A stretch of DNA of 64,000 bases from Eledone cirrhosa (lineage: Eukaryota). Positions 22,348-35,720 of this stretch are shown here, one piece after another. A program made the position numbers and the translations under genes. Below the pieces are notes generated by a model, which saw nothing but the letters and a program-made list of their open reading frames with translations, did no database searches and was not told the origin of the DNA. The DNA is taken from contig OZ024740.1 of assembly GCA_964016885.1 (NCBI GenBank), forward strand, positions 365,366,001 to 365,430,000. Reading direction: 5' to 3'. Numbering within the stretch: position 1 is the stretch's first letter; the number at the start of each line of letters is the position of its first letter.

Positions 22348-23478
22348 TTAGTTTCCCAGAATTTTTTCTTTATTGTCAGTTGTTGTGGGTACAGTGTTTT
22401 CAGACCAGCTGGTGTCTCTTTTCCATGTTTCGCCAGCCTTAACAATATTCCATATCTGCCCATCATCTCGTGTTCGGAAAGCAATCCGACTTTCACGCCT
22501 AGCTTTATCAGAGGCTACAAGGTATGAACGTGCCTCAGTTGAGTTTGAAAACGACAGTCTAATTAGCCTGGGTTTCGGGCCTGGTCGGCCAAGGCGTAGA
22601 GCACCCTTTGCGGGAGCACAGCCCAGGTCTTTGGATGAACTGGCAAATGCCTGAAGATCAACTATGTCTTCTGGTACACCAATGGCAATCACTTCGTGGT
22701 TTGCAGATTCAGTGGCATTCTCAATGCGTCTAGGTTCAACATGAGGTACGCGGAGATTTTTTAACAAGGCACTCCGGTAAGATCCCTCATTGTGGGGTTC
22801 TACACGAACGCTTGATTTTATTCCCGCTATTTCTTGGCTTAAAGCGGAAATCATTTGCCGTATCTCCTCAAACTCCGTATTGACGGTCGGTTTTTGTTGT
22901 TGTTGTTCTCCTTCAACAGGCATGGTAGAAGACACAGTCGTCGGTTGTTGTTGTTGAAAAGTAACGGGTGAGGAAGACATGGGTTGCTGTTGTTGATGAA
23001 GTCCTTCAACGGGGGTAGTAGCAGAAGCTACGGTCGTTGGTTTTTGCTGTTGTTCAGGAACAATGGTAGAGGAAGTCACGATCCTCGGTTTTTGTTGTTG
23101 TTGTTCGGGAACAATGGTAGAAGACACGATCTTCGGTTGTTGTTGTTGTTCCGCAGCAATGGGAGAAGCAGGCACACAGTCCAGGCACTGAAAGGACCAG
23201 TTTGTTAGCTGGACCATCTCCCAGAGTCTATCCATCGTAGCAATATGATGTTTCTTGTTTTGGACTGGGATGTTCCGGAAGCCTGTGGCGCATTGAAGGC
23301 AGACAGAGATGTGACAGGTTCCACATTCGACCCAACGATTACAGAACGAGTTTTCGGGTTCCGTACAGATATGGCAGATGTGATTTTCTGGGCAATGTTC
23401 TATTTTGGAACATCGACCAGTTTTGTCGCATACTTCATCCATGGATATCACCATGGCAATTTTGTTATTTCTGCCCAT
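22348..23478 (-). CDS. LINE ORF1 protein: PHD finger, Q-rich repeats, coiled coil, RRM-like region
   Basis: Probable start MGRNNK. CHIC..WVECGTC..VCLQC..FQCLDC; EFEEIRQMISALSQEIAGIK; RLGRPGPKPRLIRLSF. Confidence 0.75.
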   Translation of the reverse strand: MGRNNKIAMVISMDEVCDKTGRCSKIEHCPENHICHICTEPENSFCNRWVECGTCHISVCLQCATGFRNIPVQNKKHHIATMDRLWEMVQLTNWSFQCLDCVPASPIAAEQQQQPKIVSSTIVPEQQQQKPRIVTSSTIVPEQQQKPTTVASATTPVEGLHQQQQPMSSSPVTFQQQQPTTVSSTMPVEGEQQQQKPTVNTEFEEIRQMISALSQEIAGIKSSVRVEPHNEGSYRSALLKNLRVPHVEPRRIENATESANHEVIAIGVPEDIVDLQAFASSSKDLGCAPAKGALRLGRPGPKPRLIRLSFSNSTEARSYLVASDKARRESRIAFRTRDDGQIWNIVKAGETWKRDTSWSENTVPTTTDNKEKILGN

Positions 23479-23790
23479 CCGTAGAAAAACACAGAATGTA
23501 AACAATATAGGTTTAGCGCACTTGATTACGATAGAAATAAAATGTCTGTTTTTTGTTTTGTTTTTTTGTGTAATTTGTTTCCGTTTTCCTAAATGTTGTG
23601 TGTGCGTGTGTACAGAAGAGTCTGTGCATGTAAACAAATAAATATGCTGCGTAAGTTAAATGAAACGTACTGTAGAAGGCAACAGTTAATTAACAGCGAA
23701 ATAACGTTTTTTTCCTGATACTGCTTCTTTATAATAAACTTTCAATAATATTTTTCAAATTATTAACTTTCAGCTGCTAGTATATATATA

Positions 23791-24234
23791 TGGCGATATC
23801 CAATTTTAGCAGCCTAAATGCCGCTTACTTCAATGTATGAGGCTATTCCAACAAATTTACATTCCCTTTTTTTTAGCCGTTAAAAGAAATATAGATTTAT
23901 TTATTGTTTTTTTTTTGCGATTTATTTGCCACTGGGGCATAGATTTCTTTATTTGCCACGTTTTTGTTTGTTTATTTTTTTTTTGCGATTTATTAGCCTT
24001 TTGGGGTCACACACACCCCCGTAGAAAGTGTGCGACCTTTCTGCCAGGGAGCACAGAGAGAGGGGGGTGCTCCCTTCTTCTCTTACCTGTACAAACCATT
24101 TGTTGGCCGGCGACATATCCCCACAGTTTCCTCGTTCTGGGAATGTAAATTTGTTGGAATAGCCTCATACATTGAAGTAAGCAGCAAATGCAGCAAGTAA
24201 GCGGCATTTAGGCCGCTAAATTTGGATATCGCCA
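23791..24234. mobile_element. Non-autonomous element with ~75-bp terminal inverted repeats, flanked by TA
   Basis: TGGCGATATCCAA...ACATTCCC at 23791-23866 versus GGGAATGT...TTGGATATCGCCA at 24139-24234 (right arm has a small insertion). (TA)n on both sides. Confidence 0.75.
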
Positions 24235-24254
24235 TATATATAATTAAAAGGTGT

Positions 24255-24730
24255 ATATGGGTTAGAAGCGAAGTCAATGTTCAGATATATTTTACAAATG
24301 TACGTAAGATTGGCCGGTATAGTGTCTCACACGAAATAGTGTGGTTTCTTTTCACGTGTGTGTATATGCATGTGGTATGTATCTGTATATAAATCTGTGT
24401 TATATTGTTGTTTATATGTTTTGTGGAGTACTTACTGCGATGCCTAAGGGATGTAGTGATTTGTTTTTTTTTCCTTTTTCCCCGTCCATGTCCACACGTG
24501 GTTTGTTGGCGAAAATCAAGTCAAATTAAATATACTTCGTTAAAATAATTCTATGTTGAAACTGGTACTAGTTGTCAGGGAACAGTCTAAGTAATTGTAA
24601 TAATGAATATTGTAATCCATCTGACATGTGTTTAAAGGGCAGTTTTTGGTGAAAATATATTTTGTTTGGTCAAGATGTGGTCAAGCGACCCTCCTTGTCA
24701 CCATTTTGGCCGGATCTTATGTTCCATTAC
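24255..24730 (-). mobile_element. Degenerate GIY-YIG (Penelope-like) remnant
   Basis: Minus strand reads HYTGQS...ISEH at about 24325-24275, resembling YIGQT...RIxEH. Extent uncertain. Confidence 0.35.
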
Positions 24731-25222
24731 TTATCAGTTCAACAAATAAAGATTAGTAAAATAAGTACCAAACTTAGGTCAATATGATCAATTAAATCTC
24801 TTCAAGGTTGTGCCCCAGCATAGCCACAGTCCAATGACTGAAATCAATTAAAGAATAAAAACTACAGTTAACAGTTGAATCTGGTTCCATTGATGTTTGT
24901 AACCCTTGCTTGTAAGAGTTGCACTGGTGAAATACTTTTACATTACTGATCCTTCTCCAGGGTAACAGGCCTAACCCTTTTGATACCAAACTGAAACCAC
25001 TGCTACTTCTCTGATACAAAACTGTTTCTTTTAAAATATTTATATTTACGACAAACTGTTGTTCCAAACACCAGGTCCAAATGTTTTATTACTTTCAAAA
25101 TAAATCAAAACACACCAGTTATAATTTAATTATAAATGTTTAGGTATTTGTAGTCTCAGAGAAAATGCTTTGCAGTATTTGATTATAATTCTCTACATTT
25201 AGATTTCAAATCCCACCATTAA

Positions 25223-25633
25223 CCCTTTAGCATTTACATTATTCTATATTTACTATTGTATTTTCACAGTAAATTACATAATTATCTCACATAATATTGA
25301 ATCTATGAGATTTTGATATTATTTATTTTGTGAACAGTGGATTGGCAGTATCAGTAGAGGTTCGGACGCCATGCTTTCTAGCATAGAGTTACGTCCCTTT
25401 ACGGACTGGGTTCAAATCCCTCCAAGGTTAACTTTGCCTTTCATCCTTACGGGGTCGATAAAATAAAGTACCAGTAATGTACTGGGTAATTGCTGGCCTT
25501 GTGTCAAAAGTAGAAACAATTATTTATTTTGTGAACAACACTTTAATGTAGGTATGAGCGGTCAGTTACAGCCGGTTTGAACAGAAAGGTGAGAGAGTTC
25601 TGGCCGGATATGGCCGATTTAAATGCTAAAGGG
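25223..25633. mobile_element. piggyBac-type MITE with a nested family-2 SINE
   Basis: TTAA-CCCTTTAGCATTTA ... TAAATGCTAAAGGG-TTAC. The SINE at 25337-25518 is flanked by a 19-bp duplication ATTATTTATTTTGTGAACA. Confidence 0.8.
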
Positions 25634-25644
25634 TTACTAGCACA

Positions 25645-25945
25645 GCTCCCTTGACTTTTGGAAACATGTTTTTACATTCAGATTTGCTGAAGCATGGAAG
25701 AAACTACCTGCATTGGTTGTTAGCTGTCATGACACTGCATCCTTCAGAACTTCCACGCTTCCCGAAATTCGCCAACACTACACCTGATATTCCCCCCTCC
25801 ATACACATGCATGCATGTATTTGTGTGTACATCATGACTCATACACTGTTCCCTTTCCTGACATTTGTACATTATTCTATACACCTTTGATGAATTGTAG
25901 TGCACCTGCGCACTGTACACAATAATTTCATTATTATTATATTAT
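25645..25945 (+). mobile_element. 3' fragment of the CR1-like LINE family
   Basis: Homologous to the reverse complement of 19410-19675; ends in (ATT)n. Confidence 0.8.
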
Positions 25946-27149
25946 TTTAAGGTATCACTCAAGTATTGAGGTGGATTAAATCGACTAACACCTTTCTAAA
26001 AGATTACTAGCTTTTTTGCCTAAACTAGAAACCATTATACTTGGGGTAAACATACATGTGTGTGTTAGGGTGCTGCTATACTTAGTGTCCAAATGCAGTT
26101 GATATCTCATCAGGCAGTTAGCAATTCTGAGTATTTCAACTCCTTCCACTACAACACCAGAGTTACTCAGTTGACCATTTACCTAAACTAGAAACCATTA
26201 TAAATAACTTAACAAAAGGGTTAAATGTTATATATAATTTACCATTCTGTATACATATAAAATCTTTGGTATCAGATCTATAAAAAAAACTAAGTTTGTT
26301 TTTTAGTTGTCTTTTTAGTTGAGATGTCTACAATGTCATTCCTCCACAGCGGCGTGCAGAGCTCTGGTGATGCCCGAGGCAAATCTTGATTGTATGCCCC
26401 AAAGACTCAAGTATAAGGCCTAATATACTGAGAAATATTATGAGAAAGGAAAATATTTTGAATATATAAACACAGATGAAACATGAAATAAATGCTTTAT
26501 TCGATTTTAATATAAATCAATCAAATTTATTAAGTATTTTGAGAACAATACTTAACTCCGGTATGAGTAGCCGGTTATGGCTGGTTTAAATGATAAAGGG
26601 TTAATGCAGATGTTTTCAGGGAGATTCAATATGACACAGGGTGTGACAAGGCTGGCCCTTTAAATTACAAGTAGCACTAATTTTTGTCCAAACAACAGAA
26701 CAACCTGCTCCTGAAATTAACACGCAAGTGGTTGAGTATTCCACATAAACATGTACCTGTATCGTAGTTCGCAAGGAGATTTGCTATAACACAGTGCGTG
26801 ATAAGGCCGGCTTTTGAATTACAGGTAAAACTGATTTTTGCCAGTTGAGTGGAGTGGAGCAACATAAAATAAAGTGTCTTGCTCAAAGACAATGCAGCAT
26901 CAGGAATCGAACTCACAACTTTATGATCACAAGCCAAAACCCTAACCACTCAGCCATCTACCTTCACTATTATATAGCAACATATTTTCATTCACATTCT
27001 CTCTGTATCAATCTCTATAGGATATGGTTTGTTTCATTGATTCTCATAGTTTCTAATCTATTTATCTCTCTCTCTTTCTATCTGTATTATATATCTCTAC
27101 CCAGCTATTGCTCTTTCTCTATCTCCTATGTTTCCACACCCATATTTAT

Positions 27150-27302
27150 GTGTGTGTATACATACATATATACATGCACATATGCATACACACATACATG
27201 CATACATATATACATACATACATATATGCACATCTGCGTACATGCATACATACATCCATACATACATCCATCCATATATACATGCATACATACATATATA
27301 CA

Positions 27303-27336
<34 letters not shown>

Positions 27337-27584
27337 CATACATACATATATACATACATACACGATTATAAATATTGAGTTCTTCCTCTACACATGTGTT
27401 GGGTTCAGATATAGTGATATCTGAACCCAACACATGTGTGTGTGTGTATGTGTGTGTGTGCATGTGTGTGTGTGTATCATCTCTCTATTTCTGTCTCTCC
27501 CTCTCTCTTGTAAGTAAACATCAATCTCTCACTTCATTCTGGTTGTCTATCTCAATATCTATGTCTACTCTCTCTCTCGTCTCC

Positions 27585-27621
<37 letters not shown>

Positions 27622-27822
27622 GTACACACTCTCTCTCACGTACACACTCTCTCACACACACACACACACAAACACTCACACACACACACAAACACTCACA
27701 CACACACACACACACAAACACACACACTCTCACACACACATACACAAATACAAACACTCACACACACACACTCACACACACAAACACAAATACAAACACA
27801 CACAAACATTCACACACATACA
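27150..27822. repeat. (CATA)n, (GT)n, (CT)n and (CA)n microsatellite block
   Basis: Directly visible in the sequence. Confidence 0.9.
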
Positions 27823-30429
27823 CAGTTGACTCATTCAGATGAAGTGAACACTGGTAATGAAAAAAAAAAGACTATATAATAATATCCCTATAGTAGAGAG
27901 AGAGTACTTCATGAAGCTTGCATATAGATAAGAGAAATAAACTTCACACTAACACAAACACACATACACAGCACTGTTTATGCTTGCGTTTAGTGTATTT
28001 TATTGTGAGTGAAGTGAATAGAGAAAGATTTGGAACTAAACACAATATATATAATGGCTTCTGCCAGGAGTAAAATATATAGTTATAGGTTTCATGTGAA
28101 AGAATTTAAATGTGTCACAGTTATATTGGTAAGACAGAAGTAAAAGGTTTTGTTGTTGTTGCTGTTGTTGTTGTTTTTAGCAGATAAGTTTGGCACATTT
28201 CTAAGTGAGTGAATATCTATCAGATGAGAGTGGGGGTTGTGGCAGCATTTTATGAGTCTCTAGAACATTTTACAGTGATTCTACTGTCTTTATGACTTAA
28301 GATGTGAATAATCATTTCTCTGTGATAGAGGGATCGGTTTTTTTTTAGAGATCCTTCTTTTTTTTAAGTAGCAGGGTTATATATTCAGGGTGTGCCACTG
28401 AATGAAATGATCATATTTACTTTAACCCTTTTGATAAAATAGCTTGAAACCACCCATGGTTCATGGGTAAAACTGTTTGTTTTAAAATGTTTAGATTTAT
28501 CTAAATGCCTTTAAGGAAATTTGTCAAGTTGTGTTCCAAACACTGGCATAATAATGAAAAAGTTAGTTATATCACTAAATCCCTCCAAATTCTTTGAATT
28601 TTTTGAAAAATCATAGGCAGTGTCTTTGAAAGGGTAAAATATGATTTTTATTAACCATACAACATCTATGATTGCCACAATGAGAAGCTTCCTCGTGATT
28701 AATGCTTAACTTGCTAGAAATGCCAGTCAAATTACTCTACCACCACTTACTACTTATTGTTATTGGTATGAAGATGGCAATCCACAGGAACAAGCCATAT
28801 CAGTTTAGATTGACACTTTCAGCAAATCTCCCTCACAACCTTCTGGGGTAACACATTTACCATTCTGTCCACCAGAACCATGAAGCAACAACAAACTTGG
28901 ACGTGTTATTGATTAACTCTTAACATCCTGTGCCATATGAAAACACATGAACAAGACATTCTTGAAAAATATTTAAAATTAACATAGATACTCATATAGA
29001 AGCTGAGAAAATAGTGACAAAAAACTTGATGGTAAAATGGAGGTTGGCTTTTATTCCAAATCAATATTTTGCTGATTTTCACCAACTTCAAAATCCTACA
29101 TAAATGAGGTGTTAAAATATTTTTGCTTTAAAGGTGAATATTACACAGGTTTCACTCTGTAAGTGAGTATTACACTGGTTTCACTTTTGACCTGAAATTC
29201 GTATTTCCTATTGTTTTTGATGTTTTGAATGAATATAACCTTCAAAATGTGTCTTTCATTTGAAATATGGCAACAAAAGGTTTAAAGACATAGACAGTGT
29301 CTTTCTTTAGAAATATGGCAACAAAAGATTTAAAGACATCGACATAGTAGAATTTTACCTTTTATTCTGTTTTTATTTTTACATCCATGTTTCTATTTGC
29401 TTGAGTGTGATAGTTTGTTTGTTGGAATACTTGTTTTTACAGCTGGATGCTATTGTTATTGTTAACCACCCAGCCATGAAGTATGAAACCTTTTTGGTTA
29501 AACTTTTCCTAACATATTTCTAATGAAAAACACTGCCTTTGATTTTCAATTAAATTTGAAAATAATAAAGAATCTTGAGGTATTTAGTAATATAACCAAC
29601 TTTCTTATTGGTGTTTGGAACATAACTTAACAAAGGTTCTTACATAAAATTATGAGGCAAGGTTTTTAGGTAAATGTAAGCACTTAAAACCCCCCACATT
29701 TTTATCATAGAACTAGAGTCAGTATTGGGTGGTTCGGCATCAAAAGGGTTAAGCTGGTTTTAGAACCTAACTTACCAAAGATTATTACATAAAATTATGA
29801 TGGAAGATTTTATAATAAAATAAACACTTTTAAACAAAAAAGCTTTGTATAAACCAGGAGCAGTTTCAGGTTGTTTTGTTTCAAAATAGTTAAGTCAGGC
29901 AAACAGAATTTAATACCTTACTTTGGATACAACCTAATGAATTCAGTAAGATCTGAATTTGTGACACTTTAACCCTTTAGCATTTACATTACTCCATATT
30001 TACTATTATATTTGCATGGATATGGCTTTACCTCACATAATATCGAATCTATGAGATTTTGATATTTATTTTGAGAACAATACCTTAACATCAATATGAG
30101 CTGCTGATTACAGCCAATTTGAACAGAAAGAGGCAAAAAGGGTTGTCTTTGCAGCTATTGTGCTTCATATAGCATATGTTATATAAAACAATATTTATCT
30201 TGTGACATATTCTTCTATTCTTTTACTGGTTTCAGTAATTGGAGAGAAGTTACACTGGGATACCATCTTGAAGAGGTCTAGTTAATTATATTGGCTCTAG
30301 TACTTATTTTGAAGAGGTTTAATCAATTATTTTGACTTCAGTACTTTTTTTTAAAACTGATACATATTTTGTTGTTTCTTATTTGTCAAACTGCTAAGTT
30401 ACATGGCTTAAACAAACAATAACACAAAT

Positions 30430-30462
<33 letters not shown>

Positions 30463-31397
30463 CACATGCGCATATGACAAGCTTCTGTGTAAAGCACTAG
30501 TGCTGGTGTCATGATAAAATGCATTCAGTATATTTTATAAAGTGGTAGTATTGGTACCATGATAAAATGCGCCAAGTACATGCTCTAAAGTGGTTGGCAT
30601 TAGAAAGGACATGCTGCCATATAAACCATGCCACAATGTAACATATGAGCAACACATGGTCATCTGACCTATCAGGTCTCAGAATTTGACTACCGATCGA
30701 ACCCATGATAGCATGGAAAAAGGATGCAAAACAGTGATGATGATGATGATGATATTAAACACACACATAGATGCATACACACATACACACACATACATAT
30801 ATACACACATATAGAAAGAGTGATAGCTGACTTACAACAACACATTCTCTTCCAAATATCTTCTCTTCTATAAAGGACTAGTGTCCAAAAATTTAAGACT
30901 CTTTTCCACCTCTATGAAGCATTAAACTAATATGTCTTTATTGTATCATACCATAACAACCAATCCAACCCATGATAACATGGGAAGCAGATATAAAATT
31001 GATGATGAGGATGACATACACACACACACACATATATATATAATGAATAAGAGAGACGGTTTTATCCGTACATCTTCATTTTATTACATAATTCTATTAT
31101 ACGTATTTCAAAGATGCCATATATATATATATATATATATAAATATGGACACATAACTTCTGATGGAGTTGTAGGGACACCATAGTGACGCACAATATGT
31201 CTTGGGCATTGTAAATCTGGAATCAACTCTAATACTGGACAAGTACTATTTTATCAACCTCGAAAGGATGAAGGGCAAAGTTGACTTCCGCAGGATTAGA
31301 ACTCAGAACTCAGTAAGACAGGATGAATACAGCAAAGCATTCTATCCAGCGACCTAATGACTCCGCTAATTCACCATATATATTCATGTAATATATA

Positions 31398-31462
<65 letters not shown>

Positions 31463-31483
31463 ATGAATGTGTGTGCATATATA

Positions 31484-31518
<35 letters not shown>

Positions 31519-31567
31519 TCATCATCATCATTTTATGTCCGCTTTTCCCTGCTTGCATATATATGTA

Positions 31568-31647
<80 letters not shown>

Positions 31648-31899
31648 CAAGGGTTGTATATTTACATACATATGATGGTATGATGATACAGTTAATTATC
31701 TAAAGATCCATGGCTGTTGAAAACAACATCAAACTTATTAGTTGGTAGTTAACAGTTGGGAAACGTTTTAGAAAATATCTAATCCTCTTATCAGAATCGT
31801 TGAGTTAATCCTCTTGTGACAATGTTTCCGACTGGAGTATATGCAGCTAGCAAGCTATCTAAATGTAAAATAATTTATGGAAATTGGACTGTAGTAGTA

Positions 31900-32235
31900 G
31901 TGTGGCTTAGTGATTAGAGCGTTGGGCTTAGAATCGTAAGGTTGTGAGTTTGATTCCCAGACCGGGTGATGTGTTGTGTCCTTGAGCAAGACTCTTTATT
32001 TTTACATTGCTCTAGTTCACTCAGTGATAGAAATGAGTTGCAACATCACTGGTGCCAAGCTGTATCAGTCTTTGCCTTTCCCTTGGACAACATTGGTGTC
32101 ATGGCGAGGGGAGACTGGTAAGAATGGGCGACTACTGGTCTTCAACAAACAACCTTATCTGGACTTGTGCCTCAGAAAGGAAACTTGCTAGGTGTAAATC
32201 CCATGGCCATTTGAGACCGATGAGGGTCTTTAACT
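31900..32235 (+). mobile_element. CORE-like tRNA-derived SINE with a different tail
   Basis: TGGCTTAGTGA box A, GAGTTTGATTCCC box B, CCTTGAGCAAGAC. The 3' part differs from family 1. Confidence 0.6.
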
Positions 32236-33843
32236 TTTTAGTAGTAGTAGTAGTAGCAGCAACAGCAGTGGCGGTGGTAGTAGTAGCAACAGCTGCAGTG
32301 GCGGTAGTAGTAGTAGTAGTAGTAGCAGCAGCAGCGGTGGCGGTGGTGGTAGTAGTAGTAGTAGTAGTAGTGATGGTGGTGGTTTCTAGTTGGAATTAAA
32401 CTCACACTTTAAGTATATACTGCACTTTGAGTTGGTTTCCTGTTGCAACTAGACTACCATTGTACATATATGCACTTTATGTTTGTTTCTAGTTGAAATT
32501 AAATTAACACTGCACATTGTGTTGGTTTCCTGTTGCAGCTAGACTCTCATTGTACATATATGCACTTTATGTAGATTTCCAGTTAAGCTTACTTGGAACA
32601 TACAACTCAATATTCAAACCAGCATGGAGCAGTTAATCCATTAATGTCCTGTTATATCATATTATAAAAATAACAAAAACTACTCATAAAAACTATTGAA
32701 ATTTAAAATGTAGTCACCCCAACGTAAATGAGTATAACTATAGTTAATCACTATAATAACTGAGAAAATAAGGACCCCTTAGCACATTTGGTGGGCATTC
32801 GAGAAATGCAAGGTTTGTTTCCTTGCAAGCACCTCTGCCCACTTTTTTCCGTTTCCACTGTTACTTTACCCAATTTTCTCAACTATCATTTATAATGATC
32901 AACTATTATTATAATCATTTATGTTGGGATGACTGCATTTAATATTTCAAATTTCAAATATTCCTAATGTTGCTTAAGTCAGCTTCATTATTGTATTAAA
33001 TAGACATTGACTTAAAAAGTTAGGTGGCTGCTACTGGAAACTCTTGGTAAAAATAAGATGGTTGTTCTAAGGCAAAGATGGTTGTAAGCCACTTTGCTTC
33101 TCCCTTTACTACACAGCATTTCTTTTCAGGGATGGCCTGCTTCCCTCAGTTTAAGAAGTGATGATGATGATAATTATCATCTTCTTTTAATACGTTTTCC
33201 ATGCTAGCAAGGGGTGGATGGGTTGTCACAAATGAAGTTAGTACTTACTCGAAAATGCAGATCTTTTAGATGAGCCAGGGCCACATCTCACAAACATTTC
33301 CACACAGAGGGTACTGGGTTCGTTTCATTGTGGCACCAGCACTAATGAGGTCTTCATATCTTTGTTTGGGAAGTTTTCTAAGGCTGTAAATCATTATCAG
33401 TCACTTTACAGAGTGTACTTGGTGTATTTTATTGTATCATCAACACTAGGACGGAGCTAGAGAATATTCTCTAAACAACTACTCATTATATTATGACATA
33501 AGTGGTTCAGTATTCCCAGACATTTTTACCTTCAACACCATCCTCAAGCAAATTACATGTCACACTATAACTGTCAACATCAAAAGCTGGTCCTTCTGTT
33601 GGGTAAATTGGGGGTAGTTTCTCCTCCTCTCATCCATTCCCTACATTCATCAATGGCTCATAGTAACGTTGTCAGGCTTCTTTATTGGTGCTAAATGCAA
33701 CAGGGTAATTTCTATCACACTTTTCCCATAAAACTTCCTGATTTATATTGACACACTCACGTCTCAAGATATTGGTAAACTTTCTTTTTTTGCTGCCTCT
33801 CTCTGAGCTGTGTATCCCTGTCATCTAGCTTCTCTATTAGCTA

Positions 33844-33880
<37 letters not shown>

Positions 33881-33884
33881 TGTG

Positions 33885-35041
33885 CTCAGTGCTTTTTGTC
33901 ATGATATCTACATGACCACTTTACAGTGTGTACTGGGTGTTTTTTGTCGTGACTTCTACATGACCACTTTACAATGTACTGGGTGATTTTTGTCATGACA
34001 CCTACATGACCACTTTACAGTCTGGACTGGGGACTTTGATGGGGGAGGTGTATGGGATTGGGGAGGTAAGTATAGGGGCATATGTGAGGGACAGAGTGTT
34101 AGGGCATGGGTGGGGTGTTAGAAAATATGTGGAAAGGGGGTGGAGGTGAAGATGGTGCACACTAGATGTATGTTTCAGCTTGTGCTCATGGGAAGATGGG
34201 TCTTCGGTATTACTGCATAATGCCAGAGATCCCGGTCCTGTCTCAATTTTGCAAAGTCAGCTTTTATCACCTCATCCCAAGTCTTCCTACTTCATAGCTT
34301 TCATCAACTTTGAACGCTTTGCACCTTTTTATACAACTCTCATCCTTCATATGAATCACATATCCATACCAACGCAATCTCCTCTTCTGCACACTGCATA
34401 TAATCCCTTTTATGCCTAGTATCTCTCTCTCTCTCAATTCATTTATGCTTTATCATGCAGGCTTCATTTCTTTCCAATCTTCACAGGTCCTCTGCACACA
34501 GTGCCCAGGTCTCACTACCATGCAATATTGCTGTTCGTATATGACAGCTGCATAAAAAGGTGCAGAGCACTAGAAGTCAATGGAAACCGCGGAGTGGGGA
34601 GACCCAAGAAGACCTGGGATGAGGTGATAAAAGCTGACCTTACCCAATTACACCTCTCAAAGATGATGACACACGACCGTTACCTCTGGCGTCACGCAGT
34701 AATACAGTGTACCTGACCTCCCATGGGTACAAGCTGAAGCATATAGACAATATGCCCCCAACCCCTCCCACTGCAAACTGGTCGTGGAGGTGCCACGGCA
34801 AAAAAGCACCCAGCCCACACTGTAAAGTGAACGTGTAGGCACCACGGAAAAAAGCACCCAGCACTCACTGTAAATGAGGTTGGTGTTAGGAAGGACATCC
34901 AGCTGTAGAAATCAGGCCAAAATCAGTTCCTGTATGAGCAAGGCATGGTCAGCCGACCAGACACTGCCCACAACAGGACAACCCGTCTAACCCATGCTAG
35001 CATGGAAGACGGACGTAAAACGGTGATGATGATGATGATGA
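33885..35041. mobile_element. Head-to-head pair of RTE subfamily 3' fragments (33885-34540 minus, 34541-35041 plus)
   Basis: Both match the RTE C-terminus (DSCIKRCRALEV..PKKTWDEVIKAD) and 3' UTR. The plus copy ends in (GAT)n. Confidence 0.75.
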
Positions 35042-35394
35042 TACATGCATCATTTTGAGGGTAAGTATAACAATACCTATTTCAACATGCAATTTCACTT
35101 CAAGAATCTTACAAAACAAATACAAAAACGAAGTATAGCACACGTACACACACACACACACATATATATATATGTGTGTATGTGTGTGTGTGTTAAGGGG
35201 AATAACTCCCGTTTTATATTTTTGTAAGTTACTTCTCCTGATGTCTTTGTATGGTAATATTAAAATGAAAGAATGAAGCATTCACATATAGCCACCAGTA
35301 TTGCTTTACATACACATACTTGTAATATGCTCACATTGATATACATATATAAACATGCATATAATAAATACATACACACACACACACATATATT

Positions 35395-35720
35395 CAACAG
35401 GAAGACCAGGAAGTACTGTGAGCTGGTTGAACTCTGTGAAACATGTGGATGCCATCCTGTTTTCTTATGGCAGTAGGAGTCAGAGGATTTGTCGGAGTTG
35501 ACTCATTTCTCAGGGGCCTTCGACTGGCAGTAAAGGAAAGAAAACACCTTTCTAGGGCATTACCGAGGGCAGATAAGAAAGCGAGTTACTATATCTGGCT
35601 CAAAAGAGAAGACGAATGGGGCACCTGACACATTGAGATGGCATTTGGAGATATAGTATAACAGCACCCTCAGCCCAGGTCTGTCTTTATCAAGTATAAT
35701 AATAATAATAATAATAATGA
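35395..35720 (+). mobile_element. HERO-like (restriction-like endonuclease) non-LTR retrotransposon 3' fragment
   Basis: RKTRKYCELVELCETCG../AVGVRGFVG..FLRGL...ADKKASYYIWLKREDEW matches the ERK.KY..L...C...VEVG.RGF...AE.AS.W.W.KR pattern. Followed by (TAA)n. Confidence 0.6.

Larger units (their letters stand above)
19405..23770 (-). mobile_element. CR1-like LINE, near full length, ORF2 decayed
   Basis: ORF1 (PHD) plus ORF2 (APE and RT with LDFAKAFNSVPH, YADN and CR1-type VRPHLEFASPVWNPY...FFTLRVAETWNKLP). (TTA)n 3' tail at about 19405-19425. The 5' limit is approximate. Confidence 0.88.

Noticed and set aside
32052-32399. ORF with a poly-Val/Ala hydrophobic stretch
   Set aside because: A SINE tail running into a (GTA/GCA/GTG)n microsatellite.
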